A stretch of 64,000 bases of DNA from Acidobacteriota bacterium (GCA_040755995.1 JBFMAF010000012.1:1-64000), one strand, 5' to 3'; counted from the first letter of the stretch, positions 47,359 through 58,102 are shown. Numbers and translations are program-made. The notes: a model not told the origin generated them from the sequence alone.

Positions 47359-48555
47359 TCACACATTCAGTCCGCAATCAGACTCGCGGCCACGGGAACG
47401 GCGACCACCAGGGCGACGGCCACGGGACGCCGAGAGCACTTCGCGATACAGCTCCACGTAACTCTTCACGACCGCGGACCACTGGTAGTCCCGGAGTGTC
47501 AGCGCGTTGAGCCTTCGCCCCATCTCTCCCAGCGTCTCCCGATTCACGAGCATGGTGGGCAGGGCCCATCGTATGGCGTCGACGTTCGCCGCCACAATGA
47601 GACCGCCGCCCGCCCTCGCGCACTCAGGGAATCCGCACCTGTCCGTCATCAGCACAGGCCTGCCGGCCACACCGGCCTCGAGCGCCACGATGGACATGGC
47701 CTCGCTCCTGGAAGGGATCGCCACCAGCTCCGCATGGCGGAACAGGTCGACCTTGTCGGGACCCGAAATGTGGCCGAGGAAGTGCACCGAGTCAAGTGCC
47801 CCGCGCTCCCGTGCCGTCGACCTGAGTACGCCCAGGAGTCCTTCGTCCGGGCCGGCAAACACGAGGTGCACGTCGGGGATCGAGCCTCGCGCATCGAGAT
47901 ACGCATTCAGCAGCAGGTCGGGCCCCTTGATGCGATTCAGCCTGCCGACGAACAGGATATAACTCCTGCCCTCCAACCCCACCCGCTGCAAGAAGTGCCC
48001 CTCCGCGGTCGCGTAGTCGGCCGGATCGATCCCGTTGGGTATCACTCTCACCATCGAGGGGTCGAGCCCATAGGCGGCGAAGTACTGCCTCTCATCCGAT
48101 GTTATGGCGACATGCGCGGATGCCATCCGCACGATCCGACGCCCGATCAGCAGGTCGTACGCCCGCTTCAGCAGAGTCGACCTCCCTGTGATCTGCAGAC
48201 TTCCCGAGGGGCAGACGACATGCGGTACACCGCTGCCGCGCGCCATCATATAGGCCATCGCATTGATCACAGTCCAATGATTCATCAGTGTGACGATGTC
48301 TGCCCGGGAAACCTCATCACGAACCCGTTGCATCCCGCCCCGTGGGAAGTAGAACCTCCGCCAACAGACCGGAAGAGCAGTCACTCGCACCCCCTCCAGG
48401 GCCTCTCGGCGCGCAGTCTGGATGCCGCCATCCGTCGTCAAGAGGCTGCAATCAAGGCCGGCCCTCGCAAGGTGACGGCAGAGCTGAAGAGTGCGTTCGG
48501 CTGTGCCTCCACCCGCCACCGGGTCGAGGGTCATGTTGACGACCAGAATCCTCAC
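47359..48555 (-). CDS. Glycosyltransferase family 4
   Basis: MRILVVNMTLDP..GGG, IPNG, FVGRL..IKG and SEAMSIVALEA. Its GTG overlaps the upstream stop. Confidence 0.9.
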   Translation of the reverse strand: MRILVVNMTLDPVAGGGTAERTLQLCRHLARAGLDCSLLTTDGGIQTARREALEGVRVTALPVCWRRFYFPRGGMQRVRDEVSRADIVTLMNHWTVINAMAYMMARGSGVPHVVCPSGSLQITGRSTLLKRAYDLLIGRRIVRMASAHVAITSDERQYFAAYGLDPSMVRVIPNGIDPADYATAEGHFLQRVGLEGRSYILFVGRLNRIKGPDLLLNAYLDARGSIPDVHLVFAGPDEGLLGVLRSTARERGALDSVHFLGHISGPDKVDLFRHAELVAIPSRSEAMSIVALEAGVAGRPVLMTDRCGFPECARAGGGLIVAANVDAIRWALPTMLVNRETLGEMGRRLNALTLRDYQWSAVVKSYVELYREVLSASRGRRPGGRRSRGRESDCGLNV

Positions 48556-49487
48556 GGGCAAACCCACTGCCCACAGGCCGCGACCAGCCTTGCTGCGCCC
48601 GCAACGCCGTGGCTGAACGCGAACCCTGTATGGCGGAGCCTCCGGGACGAATACCGTTGCCCCGGATGCAATGAGTTCCGGCCCCGGAGGCGCTGGGCCA
48701 GGCGCGAGGCGCGCAACGGCAGGTGAGCCACTGGCGCCTGCGGGAGCGGATAGGCGCCGCGGCGAGCCGCGAGATACAGGGTCCAGAGCCCCGAGAAGGT
48801 GTTCATCGGGTCTTCGTCGCAGGAGATGATGTAGCACACCGGCGATGGTTTGGCGCTCCCGATGAGAAAGACCGCTGCGTCGACGACATCCACGATCGAT
48901 ATGACATGCGCACAGGCTGCGCCATTGACGAGGATTCGGAGTCTGTCCAGCCACGAACCCCGCGCGGGGTACACAAACGGCCCGGGTCGCGAGGGACCCA
49001 CCACGTGGGTCGGGCGCAACACCGTCAGCCGGCAGTCGCCCATCCCGTTGATCACATCCATCTCCGCAGCCCACTTGCTGCGCTGGTAAGGCGTCACGGG
49101 GCGGCACTCGGCCTCCTCTGTCAGTAGAACGTCACCGGCAGGCCCCGTCACGATTGATGTACTCATGTGGCACATCCGGCGGATCCCTGCCTGCCTGGCG
49201 GCATCAACCAGCCGCCGTGTCCCCATCACATTCACATCCCACATCAGGCCCTCGTCGCGGGTCTCGCCGGCAATGTGCACAAGAAGCGAGCCACCGGAAA
49301 GGAATCGCTGCAACGATTCGGCGTCGTCCAGGCTTCCGCGGCAATGCTCGGCCCGCTCGTCCCGAATAGTATCTCGGCGACTCAGCACCCTCACCCGATG
49401 ACCGTCATCAATCAAGCGTCGTGTCACTGCAGACCCGATGAAGCCGGTGCCCCCCGTGACGCACGTGATGGGGGCTTGCAGGGTCAC
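48552..49487 (-). CDS. NAD-dependent epimerase/dehydratase
   Basis: Motifs TGGTGFIG, YQRSK and LRP. Confidence 0.9.
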   Translation of the reverse strand: MTLQAPITCVTGGTGFIGSAVTRRLIDDGHRVRVLSRRDTIRDERAEHCRGSLDDAESLQRFLSGGSLLVHIAGETRDEGLMWDVNVMGTRRLVDAARQAGIRRMCHMSTSIVTGPAGDVLLTEEAECRPVTPYQRSKWAAEMDVINGMGDCRLTVLRPTHVVGPSRPGPFVYPARGSWLDRLRILVNGAACAHVISIVDVVDAAVFLIGSAKPSPVCYIISCDEDPMNTFSGLWTLYLAARRGAYPLPQAPVAHLPLRASRLAQRLRGRNSLHPGQRYSSRRLRHTGFAFSHGVAGAARLVAACGQWVCP

Positions 49488-49660
49488 GCCACACCACTGA
49501 TGGACGGGCGTCGCTCGCCCGGCCCTCGGACGCTTTTCGAGGAATACCCGGGCGCGGCGAGGCCTGCCGCCCCTTGCTCGAGGGAGCGCTGCCGCTCGTT
49601 CGCGGCCGGAGCGAGCGGCCGCGCGAACCGTCCTGAGGTATCGGGTGCGCTCACGTCCCC

Positions 49661-49689
49661 AGTCTAGGTCCCCTGGAGGCGGCTGTCAA
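49661..49689 (-). promoter_or_regulatory. Sigma70 promoter of the polysaccharide operon
   Basis: TTGACA-17 nt-TAGACT on the minus strand. Confidence 0.55.
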
Positions 49690-49726
49690 AGGTCCGCGCC
49701 CCGCCGCCCCAGGCGCTCGTCGCCCG

Positions 49727-50212
49727 CTACCCCGACTTCGCCATCTTCGCGTAGAAAGCGTCCTTTCGCTTGGAGACCTCCTGCGGGGTGAGGTCCTCCG
49801 TGTGCGTGGCGATCGCCCAGTGGTAGCCGAATGGGTCGATCACGCTGCCCACCCGGTCGCCCCAGAACATGTCGTTAGGCGGCATATGGACTAGCGCCCC
49901 GGCGCTGACGGCTCGTTCCATGGTCGAGTCGGCGTGCTCGACGTAGAGATAGATGGACGCCGAGGTTCCTCCGAGAGAGGTCGGCGATTTCACCGGCGAT
50001 CCCTCGAATTCGTCCGCTACGAACACGATCGAGTCGCCGATCCTGAGCTCTGCGTGCGCCAATATCTTCCCATCGGGGCCGTACATTCTCATCAGCTCGA
50101 CTGCGCCGAATGCCCTCTTGTAGAACTCCAGCGCCTCGGCCCCTGATTTCACAATCAACTGTGGGGTGACTGAACGGTACCCTTCCGGTATCGGTCGTGC
50201 AGCCTTTGCCAT
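49727..50212 (-). CDS. VOC/glyoxalase family protein (PhnB-like)
   Basis: Motifs IPEGYRSVTP, FYKRAFGA, HAELRIGDS and FWGDR..DPFG. Confidence 0.92.
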   Translation of the reverse strand: MAKAARPIPEGYRSVTPQLIVKSGAEALEFYKRAFGAVELMRMYGPDGKILAHAELRIGDSIVFVADEFEGSPVKSPTSLGGTSASIYLYVEHADSTMERAVSAGALVHMPPNDMFWGDRVGSVIDPFGYHWAIATHTEDLTPQEVSKRKDAFYAKMAKSG

Positions 50213-50449
50213 GATTCATCCTCGATTTCTGCCTATCCCCTGCCCTGCCTACTCAGCATAGCATCCGGATCGTGATTGGCAACCCCTGCGACCCAAGTTC
50301 TTCGCCGCTCCCCACTCGCCGCGTCCTGCGTCGCCGCCTTGCCTCCACCGCGGGCCGTGCGCTACGATCTCGCGCAGATGGGATCGGCATGAGGAACGAT
50401 GGAGCAGATGTAGAGGCGCCTCGCGCCTGCGAGCAGCGGAGGACCGTCC

Positions 50450-51028
50450 ATGGACGGGGCTAGGTACCTGATCGCGTTGCTCCTTGTGATCAGCACGCCG
50501 CCCGGCTTCTTTCTCTGGTTCCTGATACATCCGTTCGCCAGGCAATGGCGCAGGATCGGCGCCCTTTGGACGTACGTGGTGCTCGCGCCCCCGAGCATTC
50601 TCATGATGGTCGCGGTGTTTCATGCGCGGCGGAGCATTCTCGCGATCGAGTTCGGGACCAATTATGTCCTGGTGGCGATATCAGTGTTGGCGCTGGCTGG
50701 AGCGATGCTCATCGCGAGGGCGCGCAAGCGGTACCTGACGTACGGCGTTCTCGCGGGACTGCCCGAGCTCTCGCCGCAACGATATCCCGGGAAGCTCCTC
50801 ACAGAAGGCATTTACGGCAGGATCCGCCATCCCCGCTACGTGGAAGTGCTACTCGGCATTCTGGGCTACGCGCTGTTTGCGAACTACCTGGCGGGCTATG
50901 TCCTGTTCGTTCTGTCCCTGCCCGCACTCTACCAGATAGTTCTGTTGGAGGAGCGCGAGCTGCGCGAACGCTTCGGCGCGGAGTATGTCGAGTACGAGCG
51001 CAGGGTCCCGCGGTTCGTGCCGTGGTGA
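50450..51028 (+). CDS. Isoprenylcysteine carboxylmethyltransferase/PEMT family membrane protein
   Basis: Motifs GIYGRIRHPRY and EEREL..RFG.EY..Y. Confidence 0.88.
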   Translation: MDGARYLIALLLVISTPPGFFLWFLIHPFARQWRRIGALWTYVVLAPPSILMMVAVFHARRSILAIEFGTNYVLVAISVLALAGAMLIARARKRYLTYGVLAGLPELSPQRYPGKLLTEGIYGRIRHPRYVEVLLGILGYALFANYLAGYVLFVLSLPALYQIVLLEERELRERFGAEYVEYERRVPRFVPW

Positions 51029-51200
51029 GACGCGTCTGCGGTCGCCGCTTTCGGGGTCGGCCGGGCAGGATCCGTGTCCGTTCCTGCCCGTTCGCAAGGT
51101 GAATCCTACCGGTGCATATTTGCGTCTTGATAGACGAGGGCCTGGTATGCACCGCAACGGGCCGTTGCCTGGATTCGACATGAGGTGCTACGATCATAGG

Positions 51201-52085
51201 ATGAGCGGCCATTTCTCGCTGCACGACGGCGACCGGGTGGTCGAGCTGGCTCGGGAACGCTCCGAGGTCGTGGTGACGCACCCGTACCTGATCGCCGCGC
51301 TTCTGCATGTGCTCGCCATCGTTCTGATCATCGACTTCAGCTTCGGGCCGCCCGAGCTGAATTTCGTGCTGAGGCAGCCGTCGGTCTCGGCCCGGTACGA
51401 CGAGATCCACCTCAAGTTCTACCCTACCGGCGAGTCCGGCAGGGGCGGCGGCGGTGGCGGCGGCGGGAAGGAACTGAAGACCGAGGCGCCGAAGGCATCG
51501 ATCGAGGGGCCCGCGCTCAACGCGCCTCCGCTGAAGGCTACGCCGGCGCCACCGGCGCAGCCGGAGCAGAAGGAGCCGGAGCCCGAGGAGCCCGAGCCGG
51601 CCGCAGTACACATCCCTGCCACATTTCCGACAGGCGAGACTACTCAGTCCGGCGTCGTAATCGAAGACGCTCCGCCCAACACAGGCCAGGAGACCGGTGG
51701 GACGGGCTCAGGAGGCGGTGTGGGAGGCGGGCGAGGTCCCGGGGTGGGCGGCGGCGAGGGCCCCGGCGTCGGACCCGGAAGCGGTGGAGGCGTGGGTGGA
51801 GGCCCGTACAGGCCCGGCGGCGGCGTCTCGCTCCCGAAGCTCATTCACGAAGAGAAGGCGAAGTTTCCGGACGAGGCTCGCCGCTACTTTACTACAGGCG
51901 TAGTAGTATTGGAGGCGGTTGTCAAGGCGGACGGCACCGTCGGCGACATCCGTCCGATTCGCACGCTCCCGCACGGCTGCCTCAATGCATCGATCGAGGC
52001 TTTGAAGAAGTGGCGTTTCCTGCCCGGCCGCAAGAACGGCGTCCCCGTCGACGTCTACTTCCTCGTCACCTTCACTTTCTACTAA
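51201..52085 (+). CDS. TonB family energy transducer
   Basis: TM helix with His, a Pro/Gly-rich linker and a TonB_C domain (GVVVLEAVV..DG...WRFLPG..NG.PV). Confidence 0.88.
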   Translation: MSGHFSLHDGDRVVELARERSEVVVTHPYLIAALLHVLAIVLIIDFSFGPPELNFVLRQPSVSARYDEIHLKFYPTGESGRGGGGGGGGKELKTEAPKASIEGPALNAPPLKATPAPPAQPEQKEPEPEEPEPAAVHIPATFPTGETTQSGVVIEDAPPNTGQETGGTGSGGGVGGGRGPGVGGGEGPGVGPGSGGGVGGGPYRPGGGVSLPKLIHEEKAKFPDEARRYFTTGVVVLEAVVKADGTVGDIRPIRTLPHGCLNASIEALKKWRFLPGRKNGVPVDVYFLVTFTFY

Positions 52086-52093
52086 CCTGGCCC

Positions 52094-52150
52094 CCCTCCC
52101 CTTTCCCCTTTCGGCTTGACCCTTGACCCTTTTCCCCTTTGTCCCTGTCC
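52094..52150. repeat. Degenerate pyrimidine-rich heptamer repeat
   Basis: CCCTTTC CCCTTTC GGCTTGA CCCTTGA CCCTTTT CCCCTTTG. Confidence 0.55.
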
Positions 52151-52293
52151 GTTGGCTCGTCGTGAAATGGCCCGCCGGACATGCTATGTTATGCGCTTAT
52201 GCATTGGACCGGCAGGACGGTCAGGCAGGCTGTGAAGCTCTACCTGCGAGGCACCCGGTGACCGGGAAGGGCGGCCGACAGGCAACAGAGTCG

Positions 52294-52845
52294 ATGCCGA
52301 CGCCCGACTCTTATTGGGTGAAGCAGGGCGAGCTCATGGCCGGGGAATATCCGGGCGCGTTCTACGAGGACTTGGCTGTCCTCAAGATCGGGCGTTTCCT
52401 CGATCTGGGTATCACGTGCTTCGTCGATCTGACCGAAGAGGGCGAGTACGGCCTGAGACCCTATGCGCCCGCTCTGGAGAGCGAGGGAGCCTCGCGCGGT
52501 CTGGGCGTGCGTCACAGCCGCCTGCCGATCGCCGACATGACTGCGCCTTCTGTTCCGAGCATGAGACGCATTCTCGCCACGATCGAGAAAGCGCTGGCCG
52601 ATGGTGACGTCGTATACGTGCACTGCTTCGGGGGAATCGGCCGCACCGGAACCGTCGTTGGATGCTATCTCGTCGAGCACGGGATGAGCGGTGAAGAGGC
52701 CCTGCGTGAGATCGATCGGCTCCGCGACGGCACGCCGGACGGCAACAGGCGATCGCCTGAGACCGATGCACAGCGCGGGATGGTACTCGGCTGGCAGAGG
52801 GCGCTGCGCACTGGTGAGAACAAAGAACAGAGATCAAGTCGTTAA
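52294..52845 (+). CDS. Dual-specificity/protein-tyrosine phosphatase
   Basis: HCFGGIGRTG (CX5R), PIAD and SPET..Q. Confidence 0.9.
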   Translation: MPTPDSYWVKQGELMAGEYPGAFYEDLAVLKIGRFLDLGITCFVDLTEEGEYGLRPYAPALESEGASRGLGVRHSRLPIADMTAPSVPSMRRILATIEKALADGDVVYVHCFGGIGRTGTVVGCYLVEHGMSGEEALREIDRLRDGTPDGNRRSPETDAQRGMVLGWQRALRTGENKEQRSSR

Positions 52846-52858
52846 GGAGGTATTCGAA

Positions 52859-53353
52859 ATGCCGAAGGACAATATCGTCAAAGCGCTGAACGAACAGATC
52901 AACGCGGAGCTGTACTCCGCCTATCTCTACTACTCCATGTCTGCCTGCGCGGCATCGATGAATTTCAACGGGTTCGCCGCCTGGCTGCACGTGCAGGCCA
53001 GGGAAGAGCTCGCGCATGCTGACAAGTTCTACATGCACATCATCGACCGCGGCGGCATCGTGACACTCGGCCCCGTGCAGGCCCCGCCCTCGAAGTGGGA
53101 ATCGATTCGGACGATCTTCGAGGACGTGAGCAGGCACGAGCAGGAGGTCACGGCGCGTATCCACCGCCTGATGGACGCGGCGATCCAGGAGAAGGACCAC
53201 GCGACCCAGGCCTTCCTGCAGTGGTTCGTGAACGAACAGGTGGAAGAGGAGAGAAACTCATCGGCGCTGCTCGAGCGCATTCGGATGATCGGCGCATCTG
53301 TCGGAAACCTGCTCTACCTGGACAAGGAAGCCGGCAAGCGGAAGGCGGAGTAG
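52859..53353 (+). CDS. ftnA: Non-heme ferritin
   Basis: LNEQINAELYSAYLY, EE..HA, HE and FLQWFVNEQVEEE. It has an AAGGAGG RBS. Confidence 0.92.
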   Translation: MPKDNIVKALNEQINAELYSAYLYYSMSACAASMNFNGFAAWLHVQAREELAHADKFYMHIIDRGGIVTLGPVQAPPSKWESIRTIFEDVSRHEQEVTARIHRLMDAAIQEKDHATQAFLQWFVNEQVEEERNSSALLERIRMIGASVGNLLYLDKEAGKRKAE

Positions 53354-53636
53354 ACGCGGAGACGCCGGGACGCGGGGACGCGCTGAACAACCACGGCCTG
53401 GTTCTTCGCGTCTCGCCGTCTCCTGAAGCCGTCGCTCCGGCAGGCCAGCTGCCGGCCCGTGAAACCTGCCCTCTCTGTACACGTTAGAATAGAGATGCGG
53501 CGGGTTTGGAGTGGAGTGCTCTCATGAACAGGCACGGAGGAGTGGCGACACGGTGAAGAGCCACCTGTCCGGTTCTTCGCGTCTACCTCTCACTACGATG
53601 TTCAACTGCCGCACGCATGCAGGAGGAGCTCTGATC

Positions 53637-54749
53637 TTGGGCTATCGGGCGCTGGTCCTGGTGCTGTTCGCCGGATTGTCGACGGGCTGCAGGAGCGGGA
53701 GCGAGGCGGGCGCCGCAGGGAAGGCCGGCGGTCGATCGCTGAACGTGCGCATGGGGGCGGTCCAGTCGAGAGATGTAGTCTACAGCGTGCAGGCGCTGGG
53801 TTCGCTGGAGGCCGAGGAGCTCGTGCGGATTACCGCGGAGGTGCAAGGTGCGGTCGCCGAAGTGCTCTTCGACGAAGGTGACCGTGTCACTCCCGACACC
53901 ATCCTCGCCCGGATCGATCCTGAGCGGTACAAGGCCGAGGCGGCACGGGCCGAAGCGGCTCAACGCAGGGCGATTGCCGACTGGCAACGGGCCGATGCGG
54001 AGATGAAACGGCGCGAGACGCTGGCCGAGCACCAGCTGGTAGCCGACGAGGAGCTGGCACGGGCGCGGATCGAGACCGAGCGTCTGGCTGCGGACGTAGC
54101 TGCGGCCAAGGCGGCTCTCGACATCGCCCTCCAGAATCTCAAGCGTTCGGACGTGAGACCATCGCGCGCCGGGAGCATCAACACGCGCACTGTGGACACC
54201 GGGCAGTTCGTGCAGGTTGGAACCGTGCTGGCGACTCTCGTTGACATCGGGCGCCTGCGGCTGCGCTTCAAGGTGTCTGAGGCCGAGTCGCTCCAGGTGA
54301 GACCGGGCCAGCTCGTGACGTTTCGAGTGGCGTCCCTCGGCCGGCGCGACTTCCAGGCCAAGGTTTACCACGTCGGCGACGTCGCCGACCCTGCAACGCG
54401 GCAGGTCGAGGTGCTGGCGTGGGTGAAGAACCCTGGCGTACTGAAGCCGGGCTTCTTCGCCGAGGTGCAGCTGTCAAGCCAATCGCACGCGAACGCGGTG
54501 GTAGTGCCAGAGGGGGCAGTGCAGGCGAGCGAGCGAGGTTTCGTGGTGTACGTGGTCGAAGCCGGAGTGGCCCGTCAGCGCCCTGTGCAGGTGGGGTTGC
54601 GGACGGGTGACGGATCGGTCGAGATCACGTCGGGTCTCCGGCCCGATGAGATCGTCGTCGTCGAAGGGTCCGATCGCCTCGCGGACGGCATTGCGGTCGT
54701 CGATGCAGAGAAGATCCCGTTCAAGCCCAAACCGGGTGCACCGCAATGA
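53637..54749 (+). CDS. RND efflux periplasmic adaptor (MFP)
   Basis: Lipobox LSTGC, a lipoyl/alpha-hairpin pattern and LKPGFFA. The start is uncertain (53598 or 53637). Confidence 0.9.
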   Translation: MGYRALVLVLFAGLSTGCRSGSEAGAAGKAGGRSLNVRMGAVQSRDVVYSVQALGSLEAEELVRITAEVQGAVAEVLFDEGDRVTPDTILARIDPERYKAEAARAEAAQRRAIADWQRADAEMKRRETLAEHQLVADEELARARIETERLAADVAAAKAALDIALQNLKRSDVRPSRAGSINTRTVDTGQFVQVGTVLATLVDIGRLRLRFKVSEAESLQVRPGQLVTFRVASLGRRDFQAKVYHVGDVADPATRQVEVLAWVKNPGVLKPGFFAEVQLSSQSHANAVVVPEGAVQASERGFVVYVVEAGVARQRPVQVGLRTGDGSVEITSGLRPDEIVVVEGSDRLADGIAVVDAEKIPFKPKPGAPQ

Positions 54750-57700
54750 ACAATACCACGGTTCCCCGCACTCCTGAACCGGCCGAGGACCCCAAGGCCA
54801 TCGCCACCGGAATGACGCTCGCCGACATCTCGATCCGGAACCACGTCTTTGCGTGGATACTGATGTTCGCCCTGATGGGGTTCGGTCTCCTCTGTTACAC
54901 CGGATTCGGCGACGTCTTCCGCGGCCTCGGGATCAGCCAGAACCCCGACGTCGACTTCCCGATCGTCAGCGTCTCGGTCACATGGGAAGGAGCCTCACCC
55001 GAAATCATGGAGACCGACGTCGTGGACGTGCTCGAAGATTCCGTCACCACCGCCGAGGGAGTCAAGGAGATTTCGTCGACGGCCCGGCAGGGGCAGGCTT
55101 CAGTCACTATCGAGTTCGACCTCGGCCGCGACATCGACGCGGCGCTCCAGGATGTCCAGACGAAGGTATCACAGGCCGCCCGGCACCTGCCCCGCGAGAT
55201 CGATCCGCCGACAATCACCAAGACGAACCCCGAGGATCAGCCGATCATCCGGCTGGCGCTCTCGGGCGACCGGACGCCGACGTTCCTTGCGGACTACGTC
55301 CGGAGCGTGATCCGCCCGCAACTGCAGACGATCCCCGGAGTCGGCGAGATCCACGCGTTCGGCTTCCGCGACCGGACAGTGCGGGTGTGGTACGACGCCG
55401 AGCGGCTCGAGGCGCACGGCCTGACCGTGATCGACGTCGACAGCGCGATTGCACGCGAGCATACGGAGGTGCCGGCAGGGCGCATCGAGGGGGCCGATCG
55501 CGAGATGAACGTGCGCGCCATGGGTGAGGCCATCGACGTCGCCGCGTTCGGCGATCTTGTGGTCACCTATCAGAACGCCGCTCCGGTCCGCCTCAAGGAC
55601 GTCGCGGTCGTGGAGGACGGGCTGGAGGACCGCCGCCGCATCGGCCGTGCGATGGGCGAACCCACCATCGGCTTCGGCGTCACGAAGCTGCGCGGAGCCA
55701 ACGCGGTCCAGGTCGGTCGCGATGTGAAGGCGAAGCTCGAGCTCGTCAAGGCACAGCTTCCCGCAGGCATGCAACTGAACGTGAACTGGGACACGACCGT
55801 CTTCATCGAGAGATCCATCAACGAGATCCTGTTCACTCTGGTCCTGGCTGCGATCCTTACCGGGGTGGTCTGCTGGCTGTTCCTGGGGTCCTGGTCCACG
55901 ACCGTCAACATCCTGCTGGCCATTCCGACGTCGATTCTCGGGACATTCATCGTCATCTACTTCTTCGGATTCACCCTCAACACCTACACCGTTCTCGGCC
56001 TCACCCTCATAGTCGGCATCGTCGTGGACGACGCCATCATGGTGCTGGAGAACATCTACCGGCACCGCGAGATGCGTGAGGGCAAGGTGTTGGCTGCTTC
56101 AGTCGGGGCGCGAGAGATCACGTTCGCGGCGGCCGCCGCGACGCTGGCGATCGTCGCGATCTTTCTGCCGGTCGCGTTCATGAAGGGGATCATCGGCAGG
56201 TTCTTCTTCCAGTTCGGCGTCACGATCTCTGTGGCGGTGCTTCTCTCGCTGCTCGAGGCGCTGACGCTCGCTCCGATGCGCTGCTCGCGCTTCCTCGAGG
56301 TGGAGCACCGCGGGCGAATCGGAGGCGCGATGGACCGGCTGTTCAAGCGGCTATCGGCGGCGTACCTGCGCGCGCTCCAGCCGGCTCTGCATCACCGGAC
56401 CTGGGTGCTCGCCATCTCAGTGGTTCTGTTCTTCCTGTCGCTGCTCATCGTCCGGCTGTTGCGGCAGGAGTTCGTTCCGAGCCAGGACATGAGTCGTTTC
56501 ATGATCCGGTTCCAGACGCCAGTGGGGACGAGTATCGACAGGACCGATCGCTACTTCAATCAGATCGAGTCGTTCTTGATCTCGCGCCCCGAGGTCAAGC
56601 TCTTCGCGGGGTTCATCGGAGGAGGAGGCGGGGAGGTCAATAGCGGGATGGCATACGTGAACATGAAGGAGCCGGACGAGCGCCCGGCCGATCCAGATCG
56701 CAAACGGCCTTTGACCCAGCAGGAGTTCATGGACGTCGTCCGCGCGTTTGCGAACGCGGTCCCCGGAGGGCGCGTCGTGCTTCAGGATCTGTCGCAGGCC
56801 GGCTTCAGCCCTTCGCGCGGAGGCGGCTTCCCGGTGGAATTCAACATCCGCGGCCCCGACTGGAACACGCTGGCCGGCTCGGCCAACGAGATCATGGAGC
56901 AGATGCGACAGTCAGGATTAGTGACCGACGTCGACAGCAACTACCAGGTTGGCATGCCCGAAGTGCAAGTGATACCCGACCGCAACAAGGCGGCGGATCT
57001 CGGCGTCAGCATGGCTGCGATCGGCGAGACGGTCAACGCGGCCATCGGCGGAATGCGCGTCGGCAAGTTCAAGGACCAGGGCCGCCGGTTCGACATTCGC
57101 GTGCGCCTGCTAGCGCCGCAGCGCGAGCGCCCCGAGGACATCGGGCGGCTGCTGGTGCGCACCGGCGGCGGCGGGCTCGTCCGGCTGGGGGACCTGGTCC
57201 GCCTCGAGCAACAGGCGACGCTGCAGACAATCACGCGACGCGACCGCGAGCGCGCGATAACGATCTACGCGAACGTGGTACCCGGCGTCTCGCAGGACAA
57301 GGCCGTGGAACGGTCGCTCGAGGTTGCGCGGGCGGTGCTGCCGGGCGAGTATCGCGCCGTTCCCTCGGGCAGCACACGCGCATTCCACGAGTCGTTCCAG
57401 TCGCTGTGGTTCGCCTTTGCCCTGGGGCTCATTGTGGCATACATGGTGCTGGCATCACAGTTCAACGCATTCTCGCACCCGTTCACGGTGCTTCTGGCCT
57501 TGCCGTTCAGCATCAGTGGAGCCCTGATTGCGCTATGGATCGCGGGCCAGAGCCTGAACGTTTACAGCATGCTCGGGCTCATTCTTCTGATGGGGATCGC
57601 CAAGAAGAACTCGATCATGCTGGTCGATTTCACCAATCAGATTCGCGCGCGGGGTGTGGAACGGCACGAGGCGTTGCTGAAGGCATGCCCGATCCGGCTG

Positions 57701-57964
57701 AGACCGATTCTGATGACGTCGATCGCGACGATCGCCGGCGCGCTGCCCCCTGCGCTCGCGATAGGTCCCGGCGCGGAGCTGCAGCGGCCCATGGCGCTTG
57801 CCGTCGTCGGTGGTGTCGCCGTCTCCACACTCCTCACGCTCTTCGTGGTGCCATCCGCCTACAGCGTGCTCGACGACGTGCTCGAATGGAACCGCCGGCG
57901 CCGCCTGGAGGGTATCGGCCTCCTCACAGCTCTAGCCCGCCCGCGGCGCTCGCAAGCCGGCTGA
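54746..57964 (+). CDS. RND efflux permease (AcrB/AcrD/AcrF family)
   Basis: Motifs PDVDFP, GIVVDDAI..LENI, GIAKKNSIMLVDF and RLRPILMT. Confidence 0.95.
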   Translation: MNNTTVPRTPEPAEDPKAIATGMTLADISIRNHVFAWILMFALMGFGLLCYTGFGDVFRGLGISQNPDVDFPIVSVSVTWEGASPEIMETDVVDVLEDSVTTAEGVKEISSTARQGQASVTIEFDLGRDIDAALQDVQTKVSQAARHLPREIDPPTITKTNPEDQPIIRLALSGDRTPTFLADYVRSVIRPQLQTIPGVGEIHAFGFRDRTVRVWYDAERLEAHGLTVIDVDSAIAREHTEVPAGRIEGADREMNVRAMGEAIDVAAFGDLVVTYQNAAPVRLKDVAVVEDGLEDRRRIGRAMGEPTIGFGVTKLRGANAVQVGRDVKAKLELVKAQLPAGMQLNVNWDTTVFIERSINEILFTLVLAAILTGVVCWLFLGSWSTTVNILLAIPTSILGTFIVIYFFGFTLNTYTVLGLTLIVGIVVDDAIMVLENIYRHREMREGKVLAASVGAREITFAAAAATLAIVAIFLPVAFMKGIIGRFFFQFGVTISVAVLLSLLEALTLAPMRCSRFLEVEHRGRIGGAMDRLFKRLSAAYLRALQPALHHRTWVLAISVVLFFLSLLIVRLLRQEFVPSQDMSRFMIRFQTPVGTSIDRTDRYFNQIESFLISRPEVKLFAGFIGGGGGEVNSGMAYVNMKEPDERPADPDRKRPLTQQEFMDVVRAFANAVPGGRVVLQDLSQAGFSPSRGGGFPVEFNIRGPDWNTLAGSANEIMEQMRQSGLVTDVDSNYQVGMPEVQVIPDRNKAADLGVSMAAIGETVNAAIGGMRVGKFKDQGRRFDIRVRLLAPQRERPEDIGRLLVRTGGGGLVRLGDLVRLEQQATLQTITRRDRERAITIYANVVPGVSQDKAVERSLEVARAVLPGEYRAVPSGSTRAFHESFQSLWFAFALGLIVAYMVLASQFNAFSHPFTVLLALPFSISGALIALWIAGQSLNVYSMLGLILLMGIAKKNSIMLVDFTNQIRARGVERHEALLKACPIRLRPILMTSIATIAGALPPALAIGPGAELQRPMALAVVGGVAVSTLLTLFVVPSAYSVLDDVLEWNRRRRLEGIGLLTALARPRRSQAG

Positions 57965-57983
57965 CGGGCCACGCGCGACTCTC

Positions 57984-58018
57984 GGTTCACGGTTCCCGGT
58001 TCGCAGTTCTGAGTTCTT
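57984..58018. repeat. Degenerate heptamer repeat
   Basis: CGGTTCA CGGTTCC CGGTTCG CAGTTCT GAGTTCT. Confidence 0.6.
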
Positions 58019-58102
58019 GGTGCTGATCGCATCTGCGCGTCTCAGCGTCTGATCGCGGGGATCGTGGGATGGGCCGTGTGGTGTATACTGCCTCGGGGAA
58101 CC

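Noticed and set aside
49490..49660. ops/JUMPstart element in the polysaccharide operon leader
   Set aside because: Only a mismatched GGCGGCAG is present in very GC-rich sequence, which is expected by chance.
51695..51830. G-rich repeat element
   Set aside because: It is the coding Gly-rich linker of TonB.
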